Assembly (NCBI RefSeq): GCF_037042905.1
Contig: NC_087245.1
Span: 13,704,001 to 13,768,000, forward strand
DNA: 64,000 nt
From: Lytechinus pictus
Taxonomy: Eukaryota
Direction of reading: 5' to 3'
The notes beneath the pieces were generated by a model, which had not been told where the DNA came from, searched no databases, and saw nothing but the letters and a program-made list of their open reading frames with translations. Each line of letters opens with the position of its first letter. Position 1 is the first letter of the stretch. Shown here piece by piece: positions 9,625-21,523 of the stretch. The translations under genes and the position numbers were made by a program.

Positions 9625-12600
9625 CTGAAAGAAAAAAAAAGAATAAGATCATCAAATAATTACTATTTTTTGAATGAAGACAAGGACATTCCAGTTGTAA
9701 AATTATACTGCAATAATGATTACCATAGTTACGCTGTTATAATGTCGAAACAAATGTACCCATTTCATTCTTTGTTATTTTTAGTTGCTTGGATAATTTT
9801 TTCGTCTACCAAAATATGCAGGAACGGTGCCACACGGGAGCAGGGGTCCCTCCCCCATCCTAGACTTTTACTTTTTTTAAATAGGGAAAAATGGGGAAGA
9901 GATCTAGGATTCGTCCGGAGGAAAGAGTAATAAAGAAATGGAATAGTATAAAAAGTGAGATCTGAGCATGCTGATCGAGTCGCGTAACTCTTTGATACTG
10001 TACCTCATTTGAGCAAAAGATGACGTCAGTTTTCTCGTCCCCTCTCCTACCAAAATTTCTCCTCCCCCCCCCCCCCCCAGAGTGTCTTCAACATTGCCAT
10101 GAACCAAAATAAGACATTGTGATCATGCTGATCATAACTCACCGCTGATACGGACGGCGGTCTTGGTGAAGTTCTGTCGTTGAATTTGGACAACATGCAT
10201 CGAGCTACGAAGATGAAGAGAAGAGCCAATGCCGCGAAAGTTGCAACATTAATACAAATGACGATTAAGTAGAATTTCGTATCTTTACTCTGCCCTTGAT
10301 ACATGATTTCAATCAGATGAGGTGACGATAGATATACTGGTGTTTTGTATTCAGTAGATACTGTAGATTGCAAAAGAGGAAAAAATGTTTTAAAGTTTGT
10401 TTTACATTATGGTGTACATACAAATTTGTATATTTGTTTAGAGTAGAGGATTGATCATTCCGACTTGGCAAATATTTTTTTTATAGTTTTAATAGAAAAA
10501 CGCCAAACGACTTAATGACGGGAAATGCAGGATTTTCCACCACTGAGCGACTCTCAATTACTCATCTGAGCATGGTATTTCACATTCTGAGGACTTTGTA
10601 TCACTAACGTTTATGGACCTTACAATTCTTCGTAAATCAATGTTTCAATGTTTTTATCAACTGCCCGAACGCTTGCACGAGGCTTCCATGTCGTAGCAAC
10701 AAGGTAATGAAAAACTGGATCTATATTGTGGTTAATTGATTAATAACCATATACCAACTCATATATAGGCTTATTAATTCTATTTTAAAAAACTAAATAA
10801 CGACATGTTACAAACCTTCAATTGTTGACGTTTGGCTAGGTTCAACAACTTGTAATTCTAGGGTAAAACCAGGGTTTTCTCTTGAGTAGTCGGATGTAAA
10901 AATGATGGTGATGCTGTTTCTATATGTTTGATATGAATATTGTGATAGAAACTCTTGTGTCTTTTCACCCGTGAAGTTGAGCCACTTCAGTCTACTGAAC
11001 GGATTTCTGATGTCATCTCCAAGAAAGACGAAGTCATGTCCCCCCTCCAACCAGAGACTCGTCATCATCGTCGAGATCGAACACGGTGGTTGTGTTGCAA
11101 CATTCCACAGACGATAACCATTGCTACTGTACGTAACGTTGGTTAGAGGGTAGGTAAGTTTTTGCATGGGTGATTCATTTGGACATGGCAAGTTGATATC
11201 AACTGTATTAAAGATAGCGAAAGTTCAAACGTGAATAATGTGAACATAGCTGTATAGTGCAACCGCGTAGCCAGGATTTAATTTTGGAGGGGGCGGTAAG
11301 TGCACGCGAAGCGTGCCAACACTTACAGAGCGCGCGAAGCGCGCTCCCTAGGGGGGAGGGTGCAGGGAGGGGGGCGTTTTTGATATCTCATCAAATTCAA
11401 ATAAAAAGAAGGTGTCTCTTGTGTCTCTAGTACCCGTATCAACTCGAATATTGACTTGCTGTGATTCGAAAAAGTAATTTTCTAAAGAAATTATGAGCGC
11501 CAAAAAATGGGAAAAGATTGAAGAATTTGAAATAATTGCTCTTACCGCGCGAAGCGCGGAAGCTTAAAACGTATTATAAAAATAGAGAACAGAAATGATA
11601 GGCCTATAATTGCCGTGCCTACCTTGGTCACATCAGATTTTATTGTAAAAAGTTTATCCATATTAAATTTTGTTAACTCAAGTCGCAAAACAGAGAAGAA
11701 GACGGGTATATAAAGGAAGGAATTAGGCCCTATTCCTTCCCGCGAATGGAGCTCTGAATTTTAGAAATTTCTCGGAAACTTTAACCTGTTTTATTTTTGA
11801 TATTTCTTAGATTATATATAACTCGATTAAGAAGAAAAAAGAGCTCGAAATGTGTAAGGGACGGTCCATGCTAAAAAAAGGGACTTTTCCTTTCCCATGC
11901 TCGCGAAGTACGAAAACCTCTGTGATTTATTTTGGAAGAAAAAAAAAGTGTAATTTCGCTCATATTAAGCGCTTCCTTTTGTTTAAGAAACTTCAGTGAT
12001 AATCAAAATGTCAAATCAATAGCGCAAAACAAGACAGGAGATGGATGTGCAGCGATATAGAATAAAGTTTAGTATCGTACATACTTTGGCATTTAGCACG
12101 GCACGAATTTAATGCCTCCCCCTTTGAGCAGATGTTTTGCCAAAAATTACTTGCTGAAAATTAAGCGGAAGAATATAGCATTTGGGGATTCGGGGAGTGA
12201 TGGTAATGTTTACCCGCTCCAAACAGAAGAGCCAAAATTTTGTGTCAATGCAATATGAAAAAAAAAAATACTTTTCATACTCTTTACATCCATGAATACT
12301 TTATAACTTCTGGCAAGAATATACGATTCCCACAACCGGGAAGGGTAAAAACGGAGTAAAAAAAAAGGTGTGGGAAACAAAAGGGAATGGCAAAATTTAT
12401 ATTTTTCCCGTGCGGAGCGCGGAAACAAAATTTTGTATGAAGAGATCCAGAGATCGAAGAACGTCTCGTTTATGTTTTATTCTTTTGACCAAAAAAGAAG
12501 GAAAAATAACAAAGCTATACCTTTCTTCCCTTTCCTTCTTTCGCTTTTTCTTTTTCTCCTTTTCCCCTTTTTTTTTCTTTTTGGGGGCAACCGCCCCCAC

Positions 12601-14150
12601 CGCCCCCCCCCCCCTGGCTACGCGCCTGGTATAGTGAATGCGTGAAATGAAGGGGGAAGGTATTATAAGCATGACATCATGATGCCTTAAACATAACTTA
12701 GAAGTAGTATCATTCTAATGTATGATCTTGTAGAATAATACTTTAAGGTGCTCATTTCTCGGAACTAATAATCTTTTTGATTGTATACCTTTTCTCTTTT
12801 CAATCTGAATAGAAAACATGATGTTTGGAGTTCGATGAGAACTGACATGCTTCTGTGTGGTCAGTTCCATCCAGATTCCTTTACTAGGAGATACGACATC
12901 TTCAGGGAGATTCCCTCCACTAAGATAATGGAGATTAAAAAGATATACTAGGTGATGAAGCAAAAGTGTGTCACTGCTTAGTTCCTCAACATAATTTCTA
13001 TCTAAGAGCCAGAGTGCAGGGATCAGATGCAATCGTAACCACCCCCCCCCCAAAAAAAAATGCAATGATATAACATAATCAATAATTCATAATGAACATG
13101 AAATAAAATTGAATTGATAAACAATGGGAAAAGGAGAATAAGGCATTCTTTTACACAAATATCACTTGTGCAAAAGATCCTATATGTGACTAGCTAATTT
13201 GAACATTTTTGGGAGGTTCCATTGCCCCCAAATCCCCCATCTGTTCGCGAGTGGATATAGATGAGGAAGAGAAGTAAGGAAAACGGAACATTATACTGCT
13301 GTTCTTTATACGTCCATGGTTTAATATTATGGTGCTTGATGGACTATATAATTTGTGTCGGCCAATATACCTGAATTCCGCCAGCAGGCTATTCGATGAG
13401 ATTATATCATCAGATAGATCGCCGATAGTTAGAAAGTCATAACCCGCAGTAAGACTGAAACTTGAGAATTTGATTCTCACTCGATGATCATCCGGCCCAT
13501 GTATCATCCAGCAATCCTCATCGTCGATATCGTGCAGGACATCGATTGGTTCTCTCTTTGCATCTAAATAATAACGGGCAACGGCACTATCTGCAAAAGG
13601 AAACGCGTATTTGAGTTCAAATGCATCAAAATAATACAGCCATGATAATAATATTGGATTTACATGACTGTGAAAAGAGCCGATTCCAGATGTTAGCCTA
13701 TATTAATTAGAGGTAAATTGAGATATTTTAAGTGACTTTAATGACACGTGTCTCCCATAAACCACAAGAAAACTGGCACCTTTTATCTTATTAAATAGGA
13801 AAATTGTATATTCAAGTAGCAGATGCCGTTTATCCATTAGTATTTGATAATTTGTTTTACTGGGATTAATCAACGATCTGTTTACAAAGGTGTTTTTTTA
13901 TTAATTATTGATGTTATTTTGTAAATCAGGAGTGAGAGGCATAGGTTGTAACCGGAGTGGTATCGACGTACATAATAATCAAGATAATTGAATGAATACC
14001 ATAAACATAAATTGTAACAGTATAAAGTATATACCGAGGTAATTACGTCGAATATTTACCTTTACAACGCCTTTCACCCGGCTGTGTACCATTCACTTTG
14101 TAGTAAGCAAGTACAGTATAAAGTAGTAGTATTGTTCTGTATTGCATCAT
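8611..14150 (-). CDS. CUB-domain single-pass type-I membrane protein, 686 aa; complement(join(8611..9624,10143..10360,10816..11202,12789..12919,13371..13590,14060..14150))
   Basis: Signal peptide MMQYRTILLLYTVLAYYKVNG. CUB1: CWMIHGPDDHRVRIKFSSFSL..GYDFLTIGD..FSGGNLPEDVVSPSKGIWMEL. CUB2: LWLEGGHDFVFLGD..FTG..RNSITIIFTSDYSRENPGFTLEL. TM: FYLIVICINVATFAALALLFIFVA, then a Ser-rich tail. The exon lengths 91+220+131+387+218+1014 total 2061 nt, all GT-AG and phase-consistent. Confidence 0.85.
10143..10360 (-). CDS. CUB-TM gene exon 5 (transmembrane helix)
   Basis: ctacag|TA TCT ACT GAA ... TCA GCG|gtgagt. Confidence 0.85.
10816..11202 (-). CDS. CUB-TM gene exon 4 (CUB2)
   Basis: atacag|TT GAT ATC AAC TTG CCA TGT ... 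ATT GAA G|gtttgt. Confidence 0.87.
11260..12628. mobile_element. Non-autonomous hAT-like DNA transposon (1369 bp) in CUB-gene intron 3
   Basis: Perfect 8-bp TSD gtatagtg (11252-11259 and 12629-12636); imperfect 16-bp TIR CAACCGCGTAGCCAGG / CAGGCGCGTAGCCAGG; no transposase ORF. Confidence 0.88.
12789..12919 (-). CDS. CUB-TM gene exon 3 (CUB1 C-half)
   Basis: tcttag|T GGA GGG AAT CTC CCT ... AGA AAA G|gtatac. Confidence 0.82.
13371..13590 (-). CDS. CUB-TM gene exon 2 (CUB1 N-half)
   Basis: ttttgcag|AT AGT GCC ... GAA TTC AG|gtatat. Confidence 0.85.
14060..14150 (-). CDS. CUB-TM gene exon 1 (signal peptide)
   Basis: ATG ATG CAA TAC ... CGT TGT AAA G|gtaaat; hydrophobic core; phase 1. Confidence 0.75.
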
Positions 14151-14874
14151 GCAGCCTTGATTTAGAAAATTAAAGAAAAATATGGAAATAGCAATAGGAT
14201 GAGCTTGTACTTCAGGGGAAAATATTTGATCTGAGAAGAGCAGAATCAGCGGATCATCATCACTTCATAAATATATTATTCATGTTAACAAACCACAGAG
14301 CTATACCGATGGAAATCCACTGTTGATGGGAACAATAAGAAATGATATAATGTTCCGCATAAAGTTGTCTCGTAATGATGAGATATGCCGAAAACTCCCG
14401 TTTCGGGAAATGCAGCGGTTAGAAGTTTGTTCGAGTATAATACTCAGCATCATAATATCGGTAAACTTGATCACGTATATTTTCACAGTTCTTCCAGCTA
14501 TATATCATCGTGGACCTATATATACCATGCATCAAGTCTCAGTTTCGATACGGGATGCTTTTATTTTCTTCCGTTTTTGCTACAATATACAGTTAGGCCT
14601 ATATGCCAGACATCTCTTTCATCCTGTATATATTAAGATGGTAGTTTAATTATAGGTCTATAATTAAATGGAAAGCATTGTGTGTGTACGCTTTCCTCAC
14701 TTATGCCTTAGTTTCAGAAAAGGACAATAAAATGATAATTTATTAGTTTAAAATACCTATTCAGCATTTACACATAAAATAGTGATTGATTAATTGCAAG
14801 AAAGCATTCGTGGAGTCTGCCTTCTTCCTTGGAATATTAAATTGACCAAAATAGGAAAAACAATTAATTATTAA

Positions 14875-15132
14875 CACTTGCGTATAGATCCCCCCCAAAA
14901 AAAAATCACGAACAAGAGAGAAAAAAGTGAAAAGGAAAAAAAGGAAAGAGAGAAGGGTGGAATATAATATAATTTTCTGAATATTATGTCAAAATCTATC
15001 ACAAAATTCGATTTTTAAAATAAAAATGTCGAAATTGTTGCTTGCTCGCTTCGCTCGCTCACAACTTTTTATTAATTTCACGTGATACGCCATTTCTAGC
15101 CCTCTCAAATTTTTGAGCTCATTACACCACTG
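14875..15132. mobile_element. Short hAT-like MITE
   Basis: Near-identical 8-bp flanks attattaa / attattac; ends cacttgcgta / ttacaccactg; internal gctcgcttcgctcgc motif. Confidence 0.55.
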
Positions 15133-15315
15133 ATTATTACTGCGGAGGCATAGAGTGTACTGCGCAAAGTGATGAATTTTAATGTGGTATCACTTTAAAT
15201 ATAAGTTATACCAGTCGATGTGGTCAAACGTATACTCAATTCATTTTGTATTTTCATTCGGATAAAAAGAAATGTGCGAAGAGATGATATACATAGTCGC
15301 AGTGATAATTATGAT

Positions 15316-15317
<2 letters not shown>

Positions 15318-15350
<33 letters not shown>
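15318..15350. repeat. (TA)n microsatellite flanking the Penelope element
   Basis: Direct reading. Confidence 0.9.
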
Positions 15351-15355
<5 letters not shown>

Positions 15356-16372
15356 TTTATTGGTTGGATTGCTTAACTAAGCTAGTCGTACAAACTGTTT
15401 CACTCTAAGGCTCATCAGCGACTGATTAGTATGAAGAACACAATTTTGGGACAGAATAAAGTATACAGAGCATGTGCATTAGGGTATAACATTGGGTTGA
15501 CAGAGATGAAAGGGGTTACTAAAGGGGTACATGTGTATTGTTTATTACATCAGGGGTACTTAGGGGTCATTACCACATGGTTACATGTGAGGGGGGGGGG
15601 CTGGTGGGGCTATCCATATCCAGCAAGGAGGAACTTTTTCTTATGTCTACAGGTAGATATGAGTTCAGTTCGAGAGTTCAAATTGTTGTTTCTGTTTGCT
15701 GTGATGATGAAGTATTTCTCCCATAGGCAGAGGTTGCAGCGTTTTGTGAGTGGAGAGTAGGGTTGTGCATGGCGTACGATTCTCCAGGTTATCTTGTGGG
15801 GTGTGCCCTCATCTTTCAGTTTCCAGATATGCTTACTGAGCTCGGTGCTGTGCCTCTTCTCTTTATCTTTAAATGACGCTTTGTGAGATGCATGTCTGGT
15901 TTTGAATGTGGTGGCGGTCAGTCCGATGTAGGATTTTTCGTCGTGGGGGTGCTTCGTAGATCACGTTTTTTGTTGTGCATTTTCCTGGTAGAGGGCAGTC
16001 TTCTGTTTTCCGGCAGTTGCACTTTTCGGTTTCTCGGCTTTTTTCTGTTGTCGATACTTTGTTGTTGTGTGCCTTTATGGATTTGCCCATGTTATCCATG
16101 CAGCTGTAGCTTATCTTTAGGGTGTTTCTGTTGCAGATTTTATGGAGTTCATGTTCCTTGGGGAAGTGTTGGTCCACCAGGGCCAGAATTCTTTTCCCGT
16201 TTTTTGTGTTGACATTTTGGCTATATGGCGGGTTGAACCAGGTTATCGTCCTTTTCCTTTTCTGTTGGCTTGGCCTTGTATCCGTGTTGTTCTTGGGGTT
16301 GTAGGTGAGGGTAGCATTGTGGCCTGCTTCGTTCAGGGCTTTTTCGTATTCCGGTTTGGCATTGTTGAATAT
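15351..16372 (-). mobile_element. 5'-truncated Penelope-like retroelement (linker, GIY-YIG endonuclease, 3' pLTR region)
   Basis: Minus-strand translation: ITWFNPPYSQNV..DQHFPKEHELHKICNRNTLKISYSCMDN..CNCRKTEDCPLPGKC..NVIYEA / frameshift / KSYIGLTATTFKTRHASHKASFK..STELSKHIWKLK..KRCNLCLWEKYFII..LNSRTELISTCRHKKKFLLAGYG* (stop 15610-15612). Flanked by (TA)n on both sides. Confidence 0.9.
15384..15423 (-). ncRNA. Minimal type-I hammerhead ribozyme motif in the Penelope pLTR
   Basis: The minus strand reads AGUCG-CUGAUGA-GCCUUAGAGU-GAA-ACAGUUUGU-A-CGACU: intact core boxes, 5-bp stem I, short stem II, 3-bp stem III and a GUA cleavage triplet. Confidence 0.8.
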
Positions 16373-16491
16373 TTATATATATATTGACAAACTGAATAAT
16401 GCCCCCTTTTTAATGACCAATCTCTTGGTCAATGAGCATTGAGCAAATCGACCCACTTTTTGAGCGATAGACGTTTTTCTTATTTTGTGCC

Positions 16492-16685
16492 CAGGGGTGG
16501 ATTCATCATTTTCCAAAGGGGGGGGGGGGGCACATTTTTCCCGAGGAAAATTGGACAAGTAAAAAAAAGGTTCTCGCTTTCAAAGTGGGGGGGGCACACT
16601 TGAGTTTTTACATAACAAATTTTGATTGTGGCTCTGAAGGGGGGGGCACGGGTCGGCTGTGCCCCCCCCCCTGGATTCGCGAATG
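16492..16685. mobile_element. Short hAT-like MITE
   Basis: Flanks tttgtgcc / gttgtgcc (7 of 8 match); ends caggggtggattc / ctggattcgcgaatg; internal gggggggcac repeats. Confidence 0.6.
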
Positions 16686-17393
16686 GTTGTGCCCACCTTT
16701 TTGTGTATGAAATCCTAGATCCAGCTAGGTTAATGATCACTAAACTTATCACATCAGTATAGGGAATTATAACACCAGAATGGATAATGGATGGCAAGTG
16801 ATAATCATGAAAACACTATGTCAAGATTCTAATTATTCCAACTTCCTTTTCGTGTCAATTTATAATTTTACACTGTTCATTGTCAAATCGAAAGTCGTAG
16901 TGCTTTAAATACCTTGTCGTCGTGAAACCAAAAGCATGAACAATTAATGCTGAAGGGCATCGAGATATGGATCATGCTTAGTATTGTAAGAACTGAAGAA
17001 GGTTATACTTGAAGTATAATTCGAAAGTTTTTTTTACAATAGCTTTAACCTAACTGCCTTTTCCCCCAATTAGAATTTAAAGGGAAACTAATCTGAATTT
17101 TTTAGCAACAAAAAGACAACAGAATGATTACAGTTTGAAAGAACTCAGACGAATAAGAAAGTCATGGCTGTTGGAAATTGAGATTGTTATTCGAGACTCT
17201 ACATTGAAACAAGCGGTATATACTATAGGGACAACTGATTTTGTAGCGCAAACCGTTTTGTTACAGGGGAGAATTAGTTGGATCAAGGAGATATCACTCT
17301 CTCCTTGGTTGGATTGCAGCTAGCTAGTGTATACATTGAAATTGAAAATAACGTTTTTGCTAGATTTGTCTCGTGATCCACTTTGTCAACCAC

Positions 17394-17553
17394 GGGGGCG
17401 TTTCATGAAAGGACTTGTCGGACGTTTTATCCGACAAGTCCCATTTTATCCGACAGTTACCATAGGAACAGTGCCTCTCAGCCAATCAAAATCATGGAAA
17501 GATGTCAGATCTGACAACTTTTCGGATGAAAATATTGATGAAACGCTCCCCTG
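17394..17553. mobile_element. CCAAT-containing MITE, copy 2
   Basis: TIR gggggcgtttcat / atgaaacgctcccc; internal cagccaatcaaaatca. Confidence 0.72.
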
Positions 17554-17821
17554 GTGTTGGATATTGAGTGTTAATCTACTTTCATCCTAACACAATTATG
17601 AGCGAACGGTCGAAGCAAGCAAAATGAAAGGGTCAAGTTTTCATCATACTGCATTATGAATATTATGTGTATATATTCCACTGCTCAGACTGCCATATTT
17701 GCTCGCTTTTTTTACATCCAGCATATTTGTATTGGTCAACATAGAGCGAGAGGTGCAATTAAGGGAGTGAAAATAAACACTACTTCTCGCCAAGTATCAT
17801 AAAATACGCGATGTATGTATG

Positions 17822-17825
<4 letters not shown>

Positions 17826-17902
<77 letters not shown>
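17826..17902. repeat. (TA)n microsatellite
   Basis: Direct reading. Confidence 0.95.
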
Positions 17903-17905
<3 letters not shown>

Positions 17906-17922
17906 TATATTAGAAATGATAT

Positions 17923-18066
17923 CAGGGGCCAGTTGTATGAATGTTACTATTATGGTAACTTTGCAATCCAGTGGTTACTTCCATGGAACCCTTGATTCTG
18001 ATTGGCTGTTGACCATTGTTACCATGGTAGTTACGATAATGGTAAATCTTATGCAACAGCCCCCTG
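17923..18066. mobile_element. CCAAT-containing MITE, copy 3 (opposite orientation)
   Basis: TIR caggggccagttgtat / atgcaacagccccctg; internal ccttgattctgattggctg. Confidence 0.7.
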
Positions 18067-18078
18067 CTCTGTACGATG

Positions 18079-18615
18079 TAAATTAAATTAGATTAAATTA
18101 AACTAAACTGAATTAACTTGAATTAAATTAAATTAAAACAAAATAGAATAAAATATAATAAGATATAATGAATTAAGATAAAATATAATAAAATAAAATA
18201 AAATAAAAACAAAATAGAATAAAATATAATAAAATAAAATAAATTAAGATAAAATAAAATTGAATTAAATAAAATAGAAAAAATAAAATAAAATAATTCA
18301 AATAAAATCAAATCGAATCAAATCAAATCAAACCAAATTGAATTAAGTTAAATTAAGTTAAATTAAATTAAATTAAATTAAATTAAATTAAATTAAATTA
18401 AATTAAATTAAATTAAATTAAATTAAATTGAATTAAATTAAATTAAATTAAATTAAATTAAATTAAATTAAATAAAATAAAATTAAATTAGATTAAATTA
18501 AATTAAATTAAATTAAATTAAATTAAACTAAATTAAATTAAATTAAATTAAATTAAATTAAATTAAATTAAATTAAATTAAATTAAATTAAATTAAATTA
18601 AATTAAATTAAATCA
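18079..18615. repeat. (AAATT/AAAAT)n pentanucleotide satellite, ~540 bp
   Basis: Direct reading; degenerate 5' half, homogeneous 3' half. Confidence 0.95.
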
Positions 18616-20033
18616 ATTTGTTTTGTTTTGTTGTAGTCTTTATTATTCAATTAAATTAAATTAATCAAATTCAAGGTTTATTAAAAACAGAGTCGCAGCC
18701 AAATGGCTGAATCGGTCATGTTATACAGAGTACAAACAATATTAAAAGACTCATTGCATATTTCAAACATTCAAAACATTTATCTTTTTAAAAAATGACA
18801 TAAGAAATGTGTAGGTACTAAATAGAGCAAGAATACCTAGTCAATGAAAATAAATATACATAACATAATGAGGAAGTGGTTATAAAACAAACATTAAAAA
18901 AAAGTAAGCAAGTTGTAAACGATCATTAAAAGTGGATATTGAATAAAAGTGTTGCTTTCCTTATTCATCAAAAAAATTGATATGACAAGTAAGCATATTT
19001 ATGGTTTTGCTTTCAAAAGGAGTAATATGTGTTTATTGATTGGGCATGTCTTTATTCATGAGATCTTTAAAATATTCATATATTACGTTTGTATTGCTGA
19101 CATCTAGGAGTATGTCGGAGATTGATGATTAAATATTTTGGGAGGGGGAGGGGGTTACCCCTCCCCCCCCCCCTTGGCTGACAAGTAGAGACAAGTATTG
19201 ACCTACAGTTTGTACAGTTTGGAGCCAATCTCAAATTACCTTCATTTTATGGTGAACCTCAGTCTGTCAAGCCCACTCCTTGGAGAAAAAAACTAGATCC
19301 GCCCCTGTTCCAACAACTGCCCATGATTGCAAATAGTTTCCAACATGGTGTCATTTTAGTCGTCCAACCAATCTCCAGCATACTCAAAGGCGGATCTAGG
19401 GGAGGGGGAGCGCCCCAACCCCCCTATTGGCGGTTAAAAAAAAGAGGGAAAGAGGATGAGAAAAGGGAGAGAAATGAGAGAGAAAAAAAAAGAAAAGAAA
19501 GATGAGTTGAGGAAGAACATCGAATTTATACAAAATAAATAAAAAAGCTTTCAGGTTATTATCGAAAAAAATCTTTTGAGCTTAGCGATCGCAGTGCCTG
19601 TTGAATGTGTATGAAATTATTTTTCCGTGCCCCCCCCCCCCTTAACGAAGTCAATGTCATGTCATTGCCGACCGTCCAAAGTCTCTCCATCTAGCATGTT
19701 TCCAACTATAAGTGCCATTGTGCAGCTGATGGGGCTTACTGTAGAGCTTAGAGTCTCTTCTTTCATCTATATAGTATCATACACGAATAAGTGAATAAAA
19801 AATCCTATCCCAAGGGAGGATACGAACATCTTTTTTCTTGCGATAGGCATCTCTAGCGTTAAGTTTCATATCTGCTCTTTAATATGATAAATCAATCAAG
19901 AGGATGATGAAGAAGCTGTCGGGCTTACCAAAAAGCTTGAAGCTCCTCGGACATTCAACTAAACATTCCATTATGTTAACGATGTTAAAGTCTTCCTTCC
20001 TTGTGAAAGCCCCGTGAAAATAAATTACTTTAA

Positions 20034-20547
20034 AGGGGAAGTTCACCCTGCTTACAAAAGGTTTATTGTTAAAATAGCAGAAAAGTAAAAGAAAAATATT
20101 GCTGAGGGTTTGAGGATAATCCTTCAAAGATTAAGAAAATTTGTAAGAATTTTAATTAGTTTGATTTTTGTTGTCATAATTATGCAAGCGGCTTTCCCAC
20201 TATAATTATAATAATTATGTTTGTTTTAATCAATGAAATGTCATTTAAAAAAAAGATTGAAAGTGTTTTAGTGTATACCTTCAGTATATCAACTAATAAA
20301 CTACTCTACACCCGCTCCTGAAAGAAAACAACAATTAGCCGTTGCTTCCATTTAAGAAAAAATTAAATTTATGCATCTAATATCACATAACACTGCCTGT
20401 TAATGACGTCACACATTAAAAACTTAAAAATCTGACTTTCTTAATCTTTGATTATTTTTCCTCAAACCTTCACCAATGTTTTTTAGCATTTTTTTTAGGG
20501 GGGGTGGTATTTTTACAACAAACTTTCTTCAGTGTGAACCTCCCCTT
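20034..20547. mobile_element. TTAA-flanked non-autonomous DNA transposon (Kolobok/piggyBac-like)
   Basis: ttaa|aggggaagttcaccctg ... cagtgtgaacctcccctt|ttaa. Confidence 0.75.
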
Positions 20548-21107
20548 TTAATGATATAAAGAAATCTTCAGGAAAAACAAACTTGGAACTGAAAAAGACC
20601 CCGCCCCCTAAAAAATGATAATAATTGGCATCAAAATAGTTTCTTCAGTGTCACAGAGATGCGATCTTACGTATATATACGTAAGCTCCCGAAGGGAGCG
20701 TTCAGTGTAGTGTATATACAGGGACACTAGTTCAGTGTTTGGTATAGCGCCATCTTCTGGTTAAAATTATATTATGGTACCGTGTTTAGAAATGAAATGT
20801 GCTGTTTTCTTTTTGTAAAAAAAAAACTGACGTAAAAATAAAAGTATTTTGTTAAGCACAGAGCCATAGAGAAAGAGAGTTCGGCCAATCCAGTTTCAAT
20901 GGGTTACCTTCATGGTGTAATTTATTTTGAATTGGGTTTGCCTAACAAAGCATTATATACTATGTTGGCTCCAGTTTGTTTAGCATTTGATATAGCGCCA
21001 TCTTTTGGTTATAGTGTGTGTTTATCACGGAATAAATTATTTCCGTCGTGTTTATCCACTGATATCTGTATACTGGTTATACAGATCGTTTATTCATCAA
21101 GAGACGT

Positions 21108-21507
21108 TTTCTTCTTCTTCCTCCTCCTCTTCTTTTTCTTTCTCCTCCTCTTCTTCTTCCTCCTCTTCTTCTTCTTCTACTCCTCTTCCTCCTTCTTCTT
21201 CTCCTTCTTCTGGCTTCTCCTCCTCCTCCTTTAATTATTCTCCATCTTCTTCTTCTCCTCCTCCTTCCTTTTCCCCTTCTTCTGGCTTCTCCTCCTCCTT
21301 CTTAATTCTTCGGCTTCTTCTTCTCCTCCTCCTTCTTCTTCTCCTCCTCCTCCATCTTCTTCTCCTCCTCCTCCTTCTTCTTCTTCTCCTCCTTCTTCTT
21401 CTTCTTCTCCTCCTTGATCCTCCTCCTTCTTCTCCTCCTCCTCCTCCTTCTTCTTCCTCTTTTTCTTCTTCTTCTTCTTCTCCTCCTTGATCCTTCTTCT
21501 TCTTCTA
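21108..21507. repeat. (CTT/CCT)n polypyrimidine trinucleotide tract
   Basis: Direct reading; explains the poly-S/L/E/K ORFs in the track. Confidence 0.95.
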
Positions 21508-21523
21508 CCATAGCCGTACGCAG

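Noticed and set aside
12210..12672. Four overlapping ORFs
   Set aside because: They lie inside the non-autonomous hAT element, are low-complexity and have no transposase motifs
15431..16387. Plus-strand ORFs over the Penelope element
   Set aside because: Antisense shadows of the minus-strand GIY-YIG frame
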